The notes: generated by a model from the letters alone, not told the origin. 64,000 nucleotides of DNA from Myxococcota bacterium (GCA_963674735.2 CAXXQS010000002.1:288001-352000); one strand, 5' to 3'. Numbered from the stretch's first letter, positions 1 to 16,722 are shown. Program-made: numbers and translations.

Positions 1-2808
<2,808 letters not shown>

Positions 2809-3005
2809 CGTTTTTCCTCGCGGCAAGGGCGATCGCTGCCTTCGCCCTGGGGTAGAGTCCATATGTGGAACCGCCGTCGACCCGCCTTATTCCTATGTAT
2901 GGAGTCCGAGACCCATGCACACATAGCCCGACGACTGCCACCCCGTTTCTGAGGGATGGCAGACCGCCAGGCTCGAATCAAACGTCACGTGGTGTCTGAC
3001 CCACG

Positions 3006-3389
3006 TTACTTCAATGTCACTTTCGCGCCGGTTTCTTCGATCGTCTTCTTGGCGGCTTCGGCGTCTTCTTTGTTGATGCCTTCTTTCACCGCGACCGGAG
3101 CGCTCTCGACCAGCTCTTTGGCTTCTTTCAGGCCAAGACCCGTCATCGCGCGCACGGCTTTGATGACCTGGATTTTGTTGTCGCCGAAGTTTTCCAGCAC
3201 AACGTCGAACTCGGTTTTCTCTTCTTCAGCCGCGCCGGCATCCGCGCCACCGGCCGGTGCCGCCGCCATCGCGACCGGAGCAGCCGCCGAAACGCCCCAC
3301 TCGTCTTCGAGTTCCTTGATGAGACCCGCGAGGTCCATCACCGTCATATTGCTAAGAAATTCCTTAACTTCGTCTTTCGTGATCGCCAT
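3006..3389 (-). CDS. rplL: 50S ribosomal protein L7/L12
   Basis: [10 protein letters not shown]...[24 protein letters not shown]; start placed at MAITKDEV. Confidence 0.98.
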   Translation of the reverse strand: MAITKDEVKEFLSNMTVMDLAGLIKELEDEWGVSAAAPVAMAAAPAGGADAGAAEEEKTEFDVVLENFGDNKIQVIKAVRAMTGLGLKEAKELVESAPVAVKEGINKEDAEAAKKTIEETGAKVTLK

Positions 3390-3450
3390 AACAGTATCCT
3401 TCCTATTATGCAAATTTTTCGTTTCTTTTCAACAAAAAAGTGGCGAGCGC

Positions 3451-3975
3451 CTAGGCGGCCTCTTCCATCTTCCGCCGTTTGGCGTCCAGCACGTTGACCA
3501 TGCCACTGGGTACGGCGTTAAGCAGCCGCACAAAACCGCCCGGAACATTGTTGAGCAGTCCCAAGAACGAAGCACGCAATTCGTCGCGTCCCGGCATCTT
3601 TGCCAGCGCTTCGATCGCAGCCCCATCCAGACGGTTGCCGTCCAGTGCACCAGCCATCAGTTCCAGGCTTTTGAATTCCTTCTTCGCCTGGGCCAATGCT
3701 TTGGCGGGCGCTACCTGGTCCTCAATGCCGATGGCCACGGCGATCGGACCGCGGAAATCCTCAACGAGCAGTTCATTGGGCGTACCCACCAACGCACGCC
3801 GGATCAGGGTGTTCTTCACGACATGAAAATCAACCCCGACCTTGCTGCACTCATTACGAACTTTGTTGATATCGTTGGCTTTTAGACCGGAATACCCAGC
3901 CAGAATCACTACGGATGCACCTTGAAATATCTCATTCCAGTGCTGTACTACTTCCTGTTTTTGCGTTAGATTCAT
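3451..3975 (-). CDS. rplJ: 50S ribosomal protein L10
   Basis: VVKNTLIRRAL motif; position between rplA and rplL. Confidence 0.97.
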   Translation of the reverse strand: MNLTQKQEVVQHWNEIFQGASVVILAGYSGLKANDINKVRNECSKVGVDFHVVKNTLIRRALVGTPNELLVEDFRGPIAVAIGIEDQVAPAKALAQAKKEFKSLELMAGALDGNRLDGAAIEALAKMPGRDELRASFLGLLNNVPGGFVRLLNAVPSGMVNVLDAKRRKMEEAA

Positions 3976-4060
3976 CGCACGGACCCCCTTTCATTTGGAT
4001 TTTTCGAGGATTGCCCCATCGGGTCAACCCTGTCAAAGAAAGAGGGAAGGTTCGGTTCCC

Positions 4061-4113
4061 TCGTCTGCGTGGGCCTTCATTAAGGGCGAGCACCCACCCA
4101 CGGTCTTTGACGA
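4061..4113 (-). promoter_or_regulatory. L10 leader (rplJ autoregulatory RNA)
   Basis: Minus strand TCGTCAAAGACCGTGGG...CTTAATGAAGGCCCACGCAGACGA has the AAGAC/TTAA/AGAC stem pattern of L10 leaders, upstream of rplJ. Confidence 0.75.
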
Positions 4114-4165
4114 TAAACGCGGCTCCGACCTGCCGCGACCGACCTCAAAGCCAGATCACAGGCCG

Positions 4166-4870
4166 TTAACGGACAATGTCCATAACGGAATTGACATCCA
4201 CGCGGACACCGGGGCCCATCGTGGTCGAAAAGGCGATCCCCTTCAGGTATGTACCCTTGACGGATGCCGGTTTCAGCTTCAACAGAACACCCAGAAGCTC
4301 CAGGAAATTTTCCTTCAGAGCTTCGGATTCGAACGATTTGCGGCCGAGCGGAGCATGAATGATTCCCGCCTTTTCGACGCGGAATTCGATGCGGCCCTTT
4401 TTCAGCTCTTCAACGGTCTGCGCCACGTTCGGAGTCACCGTGCCGACCTTGGGGTTCGGCATCAAACCGCGTGGGCCGAGCAGTTTACCGATTTTACCAA
4501 CCACACCCATCATGTCAGGAGTGGCGATAACCTTATCGAAATCGAACCAGCCGCCCTTGATCTTCTCGACAAGATCTTCGCCGCCGACGAAATCGGCCCC
4601 GGCCTCTTTGGCTTCGGTTTCCTTATCGCCCTTGGCAAAAACCAGTACGCGCACTGTTTTGCCAGTTCCGTTGGGAAGCAGCACCGCGCCGCGAATCATC
4701 TGATCGGCATATTTCGGGTTGACGCCCAATTTCAGCGCGACGTCGAACGATTCGTCGAACTTGCCGTAAGTGGAGCTTTTAACCAGCTCGATCGCCTGAT
4801 CCAGTTCGTACTTGACATCGGGATTGATGTCGGTGCGAACGTTCTTGTAATTTTTTCCGTGCTTCGCCAT
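4166..4870 (-). CDS. rplA: 50S ribosomal protein L1
   Basis: [14 protein letters not shown]...[15 protein letters not shown]...STTMGPG. Confidence 0.98.
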   Translation of the reverse strand: MAKHGKNYKNVRTDINPDVKYELDQAIELVKSSTYGKFDESFDVALKLGVNPKYADQMIRGAVLLPNGTGKTVRVLVFAKGDKETEAKEAGADFVGGEDLVEKIKGGWFDFDKVIATPDMMGVVGKIGKLLGPRGLMPNPKVGTVTPNVAQTVEELKKGRIEFRVEKAGIIHAPLGRKSFESEALKENFLELLGVLLKLKPASVKGTYLKGIAFSTTMGPGVRVDVNSVMDIVR

Positions 4871-4876
4871 GAGAAA

Positions 4877-4912
4877 CTCCTTTGCGGTCCAAACGGCTCG
4901 CGCCTCCCGCAC
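4877..4912 (-). promoter_or_regulatory. Putative L1-binding autoregulatory site and RBS of rplA
   Basis: GCGGGAGGC-GCGA-GCCGTTTGGACCGC followed by AAAGGAG just before the rplA ATG, resembling L1-binding leaders. Confidence 0.55.
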
Positions 4913-4949
4913 AGCGGATTGAACGGTCTATTGATGACAGGGTCCGACC

Positions 4950-5375
4950 TCAGCTGATGACGTCGATCCCCATGGAACGCGCGGTACCGGCGATGATCTT
5001 CATCGCGGCGTCAACGTCGTTGGCGTTTAGATCGGGCATTTTAAGCTCGGCGATTTCCTTGACCTGATCGCTGGTCACCTTGCCCACCTTGCGCTTGTTC
5101 GGCTCGCCCGAACCTTTGGCCACTTTGGCCGCCTTGACCAAAAGCGTGGAAGCCGGAGGCGTCTTGGTGATAAACGAGAAGGTGCGATCAGCATAAATGG
5201 TGATGACGCACGGAATGATGGTTCCGGCCTGCTTCTGCGTACGCGCATTGTACTGCTTGCAGAAGTCCATGATGTTCACGCCGTGCTGACCCAACGCAGG
5301 GCCGACGGGCGGGGACGGATTGGCTTTTCCCGCTTCGATCTGCAGCCTGACCATACCGATAATTTTCTTCGCCAT
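4950..5375 (-). CDS. rplK: 50S ribosomal protein L11
   Basis: [23 protein letters not shown]...GTARSMGI. Confidence 0.98.
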   Translation of the reverse strand: MAKKIIGMVRLQIEAGKANPSPPVGPALGQHGVNIMDFCKQYNARTQKQAGTIIPCVITIYADRTFSFITKTPPASTLLVKAAKVAKGSGEPNKRKVGKVTSDQVKEIAELKMPDLNANDVDAAMKIIAGTARSMGIDVIS

Positions 5376-5389
5376 GGGAAAACCTCCCC

Positions 5390-5935
5390 TTATTCCTTTT
5401 CGACCTGCGAGAAGTCGAGCTCAATCGGGGTGGCCCGACCGAAGATGGACACGGAAACAACCACGCGCCCTTTCTCCGGTTTCACTTCTTCCACCACACC
5501 CGTGAAGTTGCTAAACGGACCGTTCATCACCCGAACCGACTCGCCTTCTTCGAACATGACCTTCGGCTTGGGTTTGACGACGCCTTCTTCTATCTGCATT
5601 TTCAACCGCCGGATTTCAGCATCCGGAACCGGCGGCGGATTGGTCGTATTGCCGACAAATCCGGTGATTTTCGGCGTATCCTTGATGCAATGCCACGTTC
5701 TCTCGTTCAGCTCCATCTCCACCAGCATATAGCTCGGGAAAAACTTGCGGGTGGTGGTACGCTTGGCATTTTTCACCGTTTCGACGACGGTTTCGGTCGG
5801 AATCAGAACTTCGCCGAAAAAGTCTTCCAACCCGGACTGTTTGATATTCTCCAACAGCGACAGGCGAGCCTTGTTCTCATACCCGGAGTAGGTATGCACG
5901 AAGTACCATTTTTTATTGGCGCCGGTTTCCGACAT
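5390..5935 (-). CDS. nusG: Transcription termination/antitermination factor NusG
   Basis: [11 protein letters not shown]; KOW motif [13 protein letters not shown]; [17 protein letters not shown]. Confidence 0.98.
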   Translation of the reverse strand: MSETGANKKWYFVHTYSGYENKARLSLLENIKQSGLEDFFGEVLIPTETVVETVKNAKRTTTRKFFPSYMLVEMELNERTWHCIKDTPKITGFVGNTTNPPPVPDAEIRRLKMQIEEGVVKPKPKVMFEEGESVRVMNGPFSNFTGVVEEVKPEKGRVVVSVSIFGRATPIELDFSQVEKE

Positions 5936-5963
5936 CGACCGTTTCCTTCTGTCGCCGCCCCGT

Positions 5964-6338
5964 CTACGAGTAGATCAGGTTCGACAACGTGGCGAAAATA
6001 TAATCGAAAACACCGAGGATCGCCGTAATGATGATCACCAGCACGATGACGACCAAGGTGGCGGCCCGCGTTTCGGGCACGGTCGGCCAACTCACCTTAC
6101 GGGTTTCCTTGACGACGTCGCCGCCGAACTCGTTGACCCGCGGATGCTTGAGCATCACGACAAAACAGATGATACCACCCACCAATCCGATGATCGATGC
6201 CAGCGGAACGACATTGCCCAACGGGTCGTCTATTCCGGCCAACGCCATCCCGCTCTCCACGATCATGTTGAGCAGATAGGTGCAGATCAGCGAACTGATC
6301 GCATAAGCCAGAACCAACCACCTGGTATTCGAGGACAT
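5964..6338 (-). CDS. secE: Preprotein translocase subunit SecE (three-TM type)
   Basis: ETRKVSWPT motif before the C-terminal TM helix; between tRNA-Trp and nusG. Confidence 0.93.
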   Translation of the reverse strand: MSSNTRWLVLAYAISSLICTYLLNMIVESGMALAGIDDPLGNVVPLASIIGLVGGIICFVVMLKHPRVNEFGGDVVKETRKVSWPTVPETRAATLVVIVLVIIITAILGVFDYIFATLSNLIYS

Positions 6339-6370
6339 AACGCCTCCTCAGTATTCACGATATAAAAGGG

Positions 6371-6446
6371 TGGCAGGCCAGGAGGGACTTGAACCCCCAA
6401 CCCTCGGATTTGGAGTCCGATGCTCTGCCAATTGAGCCACTGGCCT
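6371..6446 (-). tRNA. tRNA-Trp(CCA)
   Basis: AGGCCAG...TCGGA-CTCCAAA-TCCGA...GTTCAAGT...CTGGCCTGCCA cloverleaf with encoded CCA. Confidence 0.97.
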
Positions 6447-6465
6447 ATACCCTAAATACGCCCGA

Positions 6466-6624
6466 CTACTTTTTCTCTGCAAAAACCTGGTGTTTTTTGC
6501 AGTCGGGGCAGTATTTTTTAAACGACAGCTTTCCCGGAGTCTTTTTCTTGTTTTTCGTGGTGTGGTAACGATAGCGACAGCCATCCACCTTGCACTCCAG
6601 AATCACTTTGCTACGATTACCCAT
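6466..6624 (-). CDS. rpmG: 50S ribosomal protein L33 (Cys-containing form)
   Basis: Manual translation [52 protein letters not shown] (52 aa); GGAG RBS; below ORF-track cutoff. Confidence 0.95.
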   Translation of the reverse strand: MGNRSKVILECKVDGCRYRYHTTKNKKKTPGKLSFKKYCPDCKKHQVFAEKK

Positions 6625-6660
6625 ATCGGTCTCCACTCACCCCAGCCGGGGCCAAACACC

Positions 6661-7851
<1,191 letters not shown>

Positions 7852-7997
7852 CTTTGCCTCCTTAAACTTGCACTCTTGTGCACGACACACTACTACCGGC
7901 GACCGGCGACGCCTCACATACTGTGTTCATCAACCGATCGCCGCAATTTACGTTGCCGTCTTTTTCGTTATCAGGCCCTTCCAAAACCCAATAATAA

Positions 7998-8073
<76 letters not shown>

Positions 8074-8076
8074 ATC

Positions 8077-8152
8077 TGGAGCGGGAAACGGGGTTCGAAC
8101 CCGCGACCCATAGCTTGGAAGGCTATTGCTCTACCAGCTGAGCTATTCCCGC
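8077..8152 (-). tRNA. tRNA-Gly(TCC)
   Basis: Anticodon arm ATAGC-CTTCCAA-GCTAT; CCA end. Confidence 0.97.
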
Positions 8153-8172
8153 CCAAGCGTGTATCTCAAAAA

Positions 8173-8257
<85 letters not shown>

Positions 8258-8276
8258 AAAAACCATCAGCCAGTTT

Positions 8277-8351
8277 TGGAGCTGGCGATGGGACTTGAAC
8301 CCGCAACCTGCTGATTACAAATCAGCTGCTCTACCATTGAGCTACGCCAGC
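8277..8351 (-). tRNA. tRNA-Thr(TGT)
   Basis: GCTGA-TTTGTAA-TCAGC; CCA end. Confidence 0.97.
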
Positions 8352-8443
8352 GGTAAGTATCGTTTTCAAGTTGATCCAAAGAACAACCTATCTTGCCGTA
8401 ATCAGGCAGATTTCCAAGGGCGCATCAGCGCTTGGACCGCAAG

Positions 8444-8472
8444 TTTATAAACGCATCCCCCGAACTTGTCAA
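8444..8472 (-). promoter_or_regulatory. Sigma70-type promoter of the tRNA-tuf operon
   Basis: TTGACA-17 nt-TATAAA on the minus strand, about 90 bp upstream of tRNA-Thr(TGT). Confidence 0.7.
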
Positions 8473-8958
8473 GGAAAAACTGATCGTATCAAAACTTTTC
8501 CTCAACCACCCGATCCAACACGGGAATCCGCCGCACCTGGGTTTACCGTTTTCAGCTCATGACAGAAAAATCGGCGATTTAAACCTGATTTCGCCCGCCA
8601 TCCGATCGGCAATGGCCGGAACTGTAGCCGCACGCCGCCCGTCTGTCAACCTTTACTTGTGAGTAATTTTTATGCCCGGCGACGAACTTCTCCTTCTTCG
8701 CCGTCACCCGACATCGCCCTTTCACCGACCCAATACCTTAATTTAGTGACGCGTTCGGAAAAATTCGACACTCGTGAAAAATTTTTTTTTCTTTTTTTTG
8801 ACGAATCCCTTGCATTTGACTGAGAACACCTTATTTTCAAAGCGCTGATAAAACGATTAGGGTGTGACTTAAAAAGAAATAAATTTTCGAGAACACACAA
8901 AGGCGTTTAGCCGCATTCGATAAATCGAATTCCGAACTCAATTGAAAGGAGCCTTACG

Positions 8959-9246
8959 ATGAACTTGAGACCATTAAACGATCGTATCATTGTCAAGCGT
9001 CTGGAAGAAGAAACCCGCAGTGCCGGTGGCATCATCATCCCCGATTCCGCCAAAGAAAAACCGATCCAGGGCAAAGTGCTGGCGGTCGGCAAGGGCAAAG
9101 TCAAAGAAGACGGCGGCCGGGTCGAAATGGACGTGAAGGTGGACGATACGGTGCTGTTCGGCAAATATGCCGGTCAGGACGTGAAGCACAACGACGAAGA
9201 GCTGCTGATCCTGCGCGAAGACGACATTCTGGCGATCATCGACTAA
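8959..9246 (+). CDS. groES: Co-chaperonin GroES
   Basis: [10 protein letters not shown]...[13 protein letters not shown]...[10 protein letters not shown]. Confidence 0.98.
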   Translation: MNLRPLNDRIIVKRLEEETRSAGGIIIPDSAKEKPIQGKVLAVGKGKVKEDGGRVEMDVKVDDTVLFGKYAGQDVKHNDEELLILREDDILAIID

Positions 9247-9271
9247 CACGGGTAACCCCCTGAAATCATAA

Positions 9272-10936
<1,665 letters not shown>

Positions 10937-10960
10937 GCCCTCCCCTCCCCCGATACTCCA

Positions 10961-10992
10961 TCCCCCGGGTCTGCGATCCGGGGGATTTTTTT
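10961..10992 (+). terminator. Rho-independent terminator after groEL
   Basis: TCCCCCGG...CCGGGGGA stem followed by T7. Confidence 0.85.
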
Positions 10993-11038
10993 GTGGGGAA
11001 TTATTCGAATACCCAGACAAGCACGGAGCATTCCATGC

Positions 11039-11399
11039 TGGAGCGCGTCTCCCGACGGGCTCCAATAAAAGGCGGTTGCGGTTACGGTCGTGGAGCCCAT
11101 CGAAGATGCGCTCCAACTTGGAAGCAAAGAAAATTTATCCGGAGGCCAATGTTTGCTATTACTGTTCTCGGCCTTGCCATATTTCGTAAGCGGCGAAGAT
11201 GGACAACAAGTTTCCCATCCTACTCCTCTGCGTCTGTCTACCGCTCGTCCCGAGTCGCCGATTACAAAACGGTGTATAGAGGGAGCCTTTGAACCAATTT
11301 CGTTTCGCGAAATTATTCAGGTTGAGCGGAGGTATCGTAATTACAAGCCATTTGGAAGGTTCTGATTTTCACGCTGGAGCGCGCCTTACGGCGGGTTCC
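11039..11399. repeat. REP cluster: TGGAG-type palindromes (11039-11064, inverted 11091-11115, degenerate 11375-11399) and a degenerate GTAG REP-A (11198-11223)
   Basis: TGGAGCGCGTCTCCCGACGGGCTCCA recurs at 16723, 35143, 35327; GATGGACAACAAGTTTCCCATCCTAC resembles REP-A. Confidence 0.8.
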
Positions 11400-12089
11400 C
11401 TATAGCCCCAGCCACTCCAAAACGCGCGTGGCCGAAAAGCCGGGCATGCCGTTTTCGAACAGCAGGTGGGCACGGGCGTAGATATCGTTGAGCGGCGGCT
11501 CGGGGAAGAAGGGAATCGCGACGACGCGCATCCCGGCCGCCAAACCCGCCACGACTCCCGCCGGGGCGTCTTCGAGAACCACCGCGCGGGTGGGATCGAC
11601 TTCGAGGCGGCGGGCGGCTTCCAGAAACACGTCCGGTTGCGGCTTGGACCCGGCCACCTCCTCCGACGACACCAGCACCGAAAAGGCGTCGTCCAACCCC
11701 ACGATGGCGAGCAGTTCGCGGATCACCTCCGGCGACGAGCCGGAAGCCACCGCCAGCTTGAGTCCGCGTTTTTGCAACGCCCGAACCAGCGCTACCATCT
11801 CGGGAAAGGCGACGGTGTTTTCGCGTGCGATGGCGATGTAGTGGCGGTTCTTTTTTTCGAGCAGTTCTTCAGGCGTGGCGGGTAGATCGTATTGCGCGCG
11901 AATCTTCCGCATCATCGACAGATTGCCGCCGCCCACGAAGGGGCGCTTCAATTCGCGTGTGAAGGCAATACCGTATTCCTGCAACAGGCGGCAGTCGGCC
12001 TGGAAATAATTCTCTTCGCTGTCGATCAACGTGCCGTCGAGGTCGAAAATAATCGCGTCGACCGCTGCGCCTGCGTCCGTGTTCCGCAT
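11400..12089 (-). CDS. HAD-superfamily phosphatase (beta-phosphoglucomutase-like)
   Basis: FDLDGTLIDS, ASGS, KPQPD, EDAPAG motifs. Confidence 0.9.
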   Translation of the reverse strand: MRNTDAGAAVDAIIFDLDGTLIDSEENYFQADCRLLQEYGIAFTRELKRPFVGGGNLSMMRKIRAQYDLPATPEELLEKKNRHYIAIARENTVAFPEMVALVRALQKRGLKLAVASGSSPEVIRELLAIVGLDDAFSVLVSSEEVAGSKPQPDVFLEAARRLEVDPTRAVVLEDAPAGVVAGLAAGMRVVAIPFFPEPPLNDIYARAHLLFENGMPGFSATRVLEWLGL

Positions 12090-12113
12090 CAGCTCTCCCG
12101 TCGCGTTGGGGGT

Positions 12114-14261
12114 TCAGCTCACCGTGTCGCCCGGTTCCGGGTCGGTTTTGAAGGTGGCGGCGACCAGCTTATCAGGGGCCGTGCCGCCGGAGAGCACCAT
12201 GCCCTCGCTGAGTCCGAATTTCATTTTGCGCGGCTTGAGGTTGGCCACCACGATGACCGACTGGCCGACCAGCACGGCGGGATCGGGGTAGCTTTCGCGG
12301 ATTCCGGCGAAAATCTGGCGCAGCCGACCCTCGCCCAGATCCACCAGCAGGCGCAAGAGGCGATCGGCCCCCTTCACGAATCCGGCTTCCTTGACCAAAG
12401 CCACCCGCAGATCCAGCTTGGCGAAATCGTCGATGGTGATTTCGTCCTTGATCGGCTCCAGCCCCTCGCGTACTGGCGCGCTGGGTGTTTCGGCCTGGAC
12501 GGGTGTCTTGTCTTTCTTCGCTTTCGGGGGTTTGGCGTCGCGCTGCTGCGAACGCTGGATGCGCGCCCAGGTGTCGCGCAGGGTGACGGTGCGGTTGAAC
12601 ACCGGCTGTCCCGCGCGGCTGTCTGGGTCGACGCAGAAATAACCCAGGCGCTCGAACTGCATGCGCTCGCCCGCGGCCACCCCGGCCAGATGGGGTTCGA
12701 GTTTGCATGCGCGAAGCGTGATCAACGACTCGGGGTTGAGGTGATCGATGAAGGTTTTGCCGTCGGCGGTATCGTTGGGATTGGGCACGGTGAACAGGCG
12801 ATCGTACAGGCGGACTTCCGCATCGACGGCGTGTGCGGCCGAGACCCAGTGCAGGGTTCCGCGCACCTTGCGGCCGTCGGGAGAGGTGCCGCCTTTCGAC
12901 TCCGGATCCCAGGTGCCGTGCAGTTCCACCACCCGGCCCTCCGCGTCCTTGACGGCGTGGGTGCAGGTGAACAGGCAGGCGTAACGCAGGCGCACTTCCT
13001 TGCCGGGAGCCAGGCGATGCCATTTTCGGGGCGCTTCTTCGAGGAAGTCTTCGCGCTCGACGTAAAACTCGCGGGTGAGCGGCAGTTTACGCGTACCGTA
13101 GCGGTCGTCTTCCGGATGCAGCGGCGCATCGAACCACTCTACGCGGTCTTCCTCGAAATTGTCGATGACCACCTTGAGCGGATCGAGCACGGCCATCACG
13201 CGCGGGGCGTGGGCGTTGAGATCTTCGCGGATGCAGTATTCCAGCAGCGCCAGGTCCACCGTGGAATCGGCGCGCGCCACCCCGATGCGCTCGGCGAACA
13301 GACGAATCGAGCGCGGCGTGTAACCCCGGCGGCGTAAACCCGAAAGGGTGGGCATGCGCGGATCGTCCCAGCCCGAGACGTACTTTTCCTGGACGAGCTG
13401 CAAAAATCGCCGTTTGCTCATCACCGTGTAGTCGAGGTTGAGCCGGGCGAATTCGATCTGGCGCGGTGGATTCTCGAAGGGCAGCTTGCTGAGAAACCAG
13501 TCGTAAAGCGGACGGTGGTCCTGAAACTCCAGGGTGCAGATCGAATGGGTGATGCCCTCGATGGCGTCCGACTGCCCGTGGGCCCAGTCGTACATGGGGT
13601 AAATGCACCATTTGTCGCCGGTGCGGTGATGGCTGGCGTGGCGGATGCGGTACATCAGGGGATCGCGCAGGTTCATGTTGGCCGAGGTCAGGTCGCCTTT
13701 GGCGCGCAGCACCTTTTCGCCGTCTTTGAACTCGCCCGCCTTCATGCGCGCGAACAGATCGAGGCTTTCCTCGATCGGCCGCTCGCGGAAGGGACTGGGG
13801 CGCGCGGCGGTATAGTAGTTGCCGCGGTAGTCGCGAATGTCCTCATCGGAGAGGTCGTCCACATAGGCGAGGCCGTCTTTGATCATCTGCACGGCGAAGG
13901 CGTAGAGCTGGTCGAAATAATCGGAGGCGAAATGCACCGGCTCCTGCCACTCGAAACCCAGCCAACGCACATCGGCCTTGATGGACTCGACGTATTCGAC
14001 TTCCTCCTTGGCGGGATTGGTGTCGTCGAAACGCAGGTTGCAGGTGCCGCCGTATTCTTTGGCCAAACCGAAGTTGAGGCAGATGCTCTTGGCGTGTCCG
14101 ATATGCAGGTAGCCGTTGGGCTCGGGCGGAAAGCGGGTGGCCACGCGGCCTGCGTTTTTTCCGGCCTCGCGGTCGGCGTCGATGATGTCTTTAATGAAAT
14201 TCGGCGGGACGGCGTTTGCGTCGTCGGCCGGTTTCGTCGGATTCGTTTTCGTGTCGCTCAT
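12114..14261 (-). CDS. glnS: Glutamine--tRNA ligase with C-terminal tRNA-binding (Trbp111/MetRS-C-like) domain
   Basis: [35 protein letters not shown]; C-terminal [14 protein letters not shown]...[20 protein letters not shown]. Confidence 0.95.
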   Translation of the reverse strand: MSDTKTNPTKPADDANAVPPNFIKDIIDADREAGKNAGRVATRFPPEPNGYLHIGHAKSICLNFGLAKEYGGTCNLRFDDTNPAKEEVEYVESIKADVRWLGFEWQEPVHFASDYFDQLYAFAVQMIKDGLAYVDDLSDEDIRDYRGNYYTAARPSPFRERPIEESLDLFARMKAGEFKDGEKVLRAKGDLTSANMNLRDPLMYRIRHASHHRTGDKWCIYPMYDWAHGQSDAIEGITHSICTLEFQDHRPLYDWFLSKLPFENPPRQIEFARLNLDYTVMSKRRFLQLVQEKYVSGWDDPRMPTLSGLRRRGYTPRSIRLFAERIGVARADSTVDLALLEYCIREDLNAHAPRVMAVLDPLKVVIDNFEEDRVEWFDAPLHPEDDRYGTRKLPLTREFYVEREDFLEEAPRKWHRLAPGKEVRLRYACLFTCTHAVKDAEGRVVELHGTWDPESKGGTSPDGRKVRGTLHWVSAAHAVDAEVRLYDRLFTVPNPNDTADGKTFIDHLNPESLITLRACKLEPHLAGVAAGERMQFERLGYFCVDPDSRAGQPVFNRTVTLRDTWARIQRSQQRDAKPPKAKKDKTPVQAETPSAPVREGLEPIKDEITIDDFAKLDLRVALVKEAGFVKGADRLLRLLVDLGEGRLRQIFAGIRESYPDPAVLVGQSVIVVANLKPRKMKFGLSEGMVLSGGTAPDKLVAATFKTDPEPGDTVS

Positions 14262-14475
14262 GAAGGCCTCGGGTAATCGTTGCGGGGCTGTCCCCATCGT
14301 TGGCTAAAAAATCGAAGCCCTATGATAGTGAGGTCGGCCGTTGGATGCAACGCTTTTTCGACGGGGTATCCGACTCTTTCGCCGCACGTCGGTTGAAAGA
14401 CCTTGACCCGTTTTCAGCGCCTGGGTTACCATTCGATGCGCCGCAGAGATATCCACCGCGAGTGAGGGGGTTGGA

Positions 14476-15402
14476 ATGAGCCGGAGTCGAGAAAAATCGG
14501 AGAAAATGAAGGCGTTGCCTGCATCCCGCATCGATGCGCATCGGCATGACTTCTTCTCGCGTTTACGGGAATTCAAAGACGATCCGAGCGGGGAAAGCCT
14601 GTATCGGGATCCGGAAAGGCGTACCGCGCACGAGCTATCGCTGCCTTATCTCGAAAGCCTGCCGCTGAATTTCGAAACGATCGTCGACGTCGGCTGCGGC
14701 TGCGGCTACGATTCCCAATGGCTGGTCGGAAAGGGGAAACAGGTCACCGCCTTGACCTCCAACGTCACCCCGGCTCAAGTCGCATTCGCCCGGGCCAACG
14801 GTTTCGACATGGTCAACATGGACATGAATGCCCTCGAATTTCAGGATGAAAGCCTGGATGCAGTCCTCTGCAAACATAGCCTCGAACACAGCTTTTCGCC
14901 CATCGGCGCGCTGTATGAATTTTTCCGTGTGTTGAAACCGGGCGGTTTCCTGTTTATCGTGGTTCCCCCGCATCACGCGGAGATCATCGAATCGGGACAC
15001 TTCACGCAAGGCTGGTGCATCGGTCAATTGGCCTACCTGCTGGCCGTGACCGGATTCGATACGGCCGACGGTGCGTTTCGTGCACGTCCGGAAAATGTGG
15101 AAGCGGTGGTTCGGCGCGCCGAAAACATGCCCGTCGGACGGGGCCTATACGATCTGAAAGACCGGATGCCGCCGCCCATTCGCGCCATCATGCGCGACGA
15201 CTCCCACGGCGCATTCGCCCGAGAGCGCTTTTCGGAAATCAACTGGCCCTACAACGGCGAACGCCAAACCCGACCCAGCGGCGGGCCGAGCGCCGGTCGC
15301 CCGCTCAATTACGACCAGATTCCGTTCTGGTCGCTGTTCAAACACAAGCTGCAGCGAAAAGGCCCCCTGGGAAAATGGGTTGCGAAACGCCTGCGCGACT
15401 GA
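14476..15402 (+). CDS. Class I SAM-dependent methyltransferase
   Basis: VDVGCGCG, HSLEH, RVLKPGG; start could be 14506. Confidence 0.85.
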   Translation: MSRSREKSEKMKALPASRIDAHRHDFFSRLREFKDDPSGESLYRDPERRTAHELSLPYLESLPLNFETIVDVGCGCGYDSQWLVGKGKQVTALTSNVTPAQVAFARANGFDMVNMDMNALEFQDESLDAVLCKHSLEHSFSPIGALYEFFRVLKPGGFLFIVVPPHHAEIIESGHFTQGWCIGQLAYLLAVTGFDTADGAFRARPENVEAVVRRAENMPVGRGLYDLKDRMPPPIRAIMRDDSHGAFARERFSEINWPYNGERQTRPSGGPSAGRPLNYDQIPFWSLFKHKLQRKGPLGKWVAKRLRD

Positions 15403-15478
15403 CCCCGCCTGAACGACGGTCCCGCCCCTGATCGCAATCGGCCGATCGAGCGCGACGTTCGCCGGTAGAATAGGCCGA

Positions 15479-16552
15479 TTACGGGTAATCGGTATAGCCC
15501 CGCTCATCGGCGGAGTAAAACAGATCCGGGTTGGCTTCGGCCAGCGGTTGTCCTTCTTTCATTTTGCCGACGAGCGTCGGGTTCGCGATAAACGGACGAC
15601 CGAACGCGACCAGGTCGCCTTTGTCTTCTTGCAGATCCGCTTCCGCCCGCGTTCTATCGTAACCGCCCGACAGAATCAACGTGCCGCCAAATCGCTTGCG
15701 CAGCGTATCCCGCAAGCCCTCGGGCTGCGCGGGCGCTCCCATCGAGCTGTGGTCAACCAGGTGCAGGTACGCCAGTTTCAGGTCGCCCAGCTTTTGAACC
15801 AGTATTTCGTAAAGCTCGATCATCTGGTTGTCGGGAGCCATGCCGTTGAATACGCCGAAGGGTGAGAGGCGGATACCCACGCGTTCCGCGCCGATGGCCG
15901 CGATAGTGCGACGCGCCGTTTCCAGCGCGAAACGGATGCGACCCTCGATATCGCCGCCCCAGCGGTCCGCGCGTTCGTTGGACGCCGTGTTGAGGAACTG
16001 ATCGATCAAGTAGCCGTTGGCGCCGTGCAACTCCACGCCGTCGAACCCGGCTTCGTTGACCGCCAGTGAGGCGGCGTGGACATAGCCGGCGATCGCCGTT
16101 TCGATGTCGTCTTCCGTCATGGAGGTGGCGACCGGGTAGGGCTGGGGGCCTTTGGAATCGGTGTACATTTTACCCGGGACCGCATTGGCGGAGGGACCGA
16201 GTATGCGCGCGCCTGCGGGCAGATTGTCGGGGTGACCGACTCGGCCCGTGTGCATCAGCTGAATGAAGATGCGGCCTCCTTTGGCGTGCACCGCGTCGGT
16301 GGTCTTGCGCCATCCGGCGGCCTGCTCGGCGGAAAAAAGACCCGGAATGCGCGGATAGCCCAGGCCGTCCGGCGCGGGCGAGGTGCCTTCGGTGATGATC
16401 AGGCCCGCCTCGGCGCGCTGGGCGTAGTAGGTTGCCACGATTTCGCCCGGGATATTGCCCAGGGAGCGGCAGCGGGTCATGGGGGCCATGACTACGCGGT
16501 TGCTCAGAGTGATGGGTCCCAGCGAATACAGGGAAAACAATTTATCAGGCAT
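15479..16552 (-). CDS. Old Yellow Enzyme family alkene reductase (NemA-like)
   Basis: NRVVMAPMTR, GFDGVELHGANGYLIDQF, FGRPFIANP, GYTDYP. Confidence 0.93.
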   Translation of the reverse strand: MPDKLFSLYSLGPITLSNRVVMAPMTRCRSLGNIPGEIVATYYAQRAEAGLIITEGTSPAPDGLGYPRIPGLFSAEQAAGWRKTTDAVHAKGGRIFIQLMHTGRVGHPDNLPAGARILGPSANAVPGKMYTDSKGPQPYPVATSMTEDDIETAIAGYVHAASLAVNEAGFDGVELHGANGYLIDQFLNTASNERADRWGGDIEGRIRFALETARRTIAAIGAERVGIRLSPFGVFNGMAPDNQMIELYEILVQKLGDLKLAYLHLVDHSSMGAPAQPEGLRDTLRKRFGGTLILSGGYDRTRAEADLQEDKGDLVAFGRPFIANPTLVGKMKEGQPLAEANPDLFYSADERGYTDYP

Positions 16553-16722
16553 GCCGAACTCCTTTGGTTTCGCGCCGGACCGGGTCCGACAGGGCGGATT
16601 TGCATACGCCGGTTAAGGGGGCCTGGCTATTAGAAGGGGAAAGACGCCGATTTCTTCCCGGATTTGCGAGGTGCGGTGGGTGGAAAGGAGACAAAACGCG
16701 AGTGGTATACGGCCACACGGTT

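Noticed and set aside
8700-8958. CIRCE element or heat-shock promoter upstream of groES
   Set aside because: No TTAGCACTC-N9-GAGTGCTAA seen; a CTTGCA...CCTTAT resemblance to a sigma32 promoter is too weak to call
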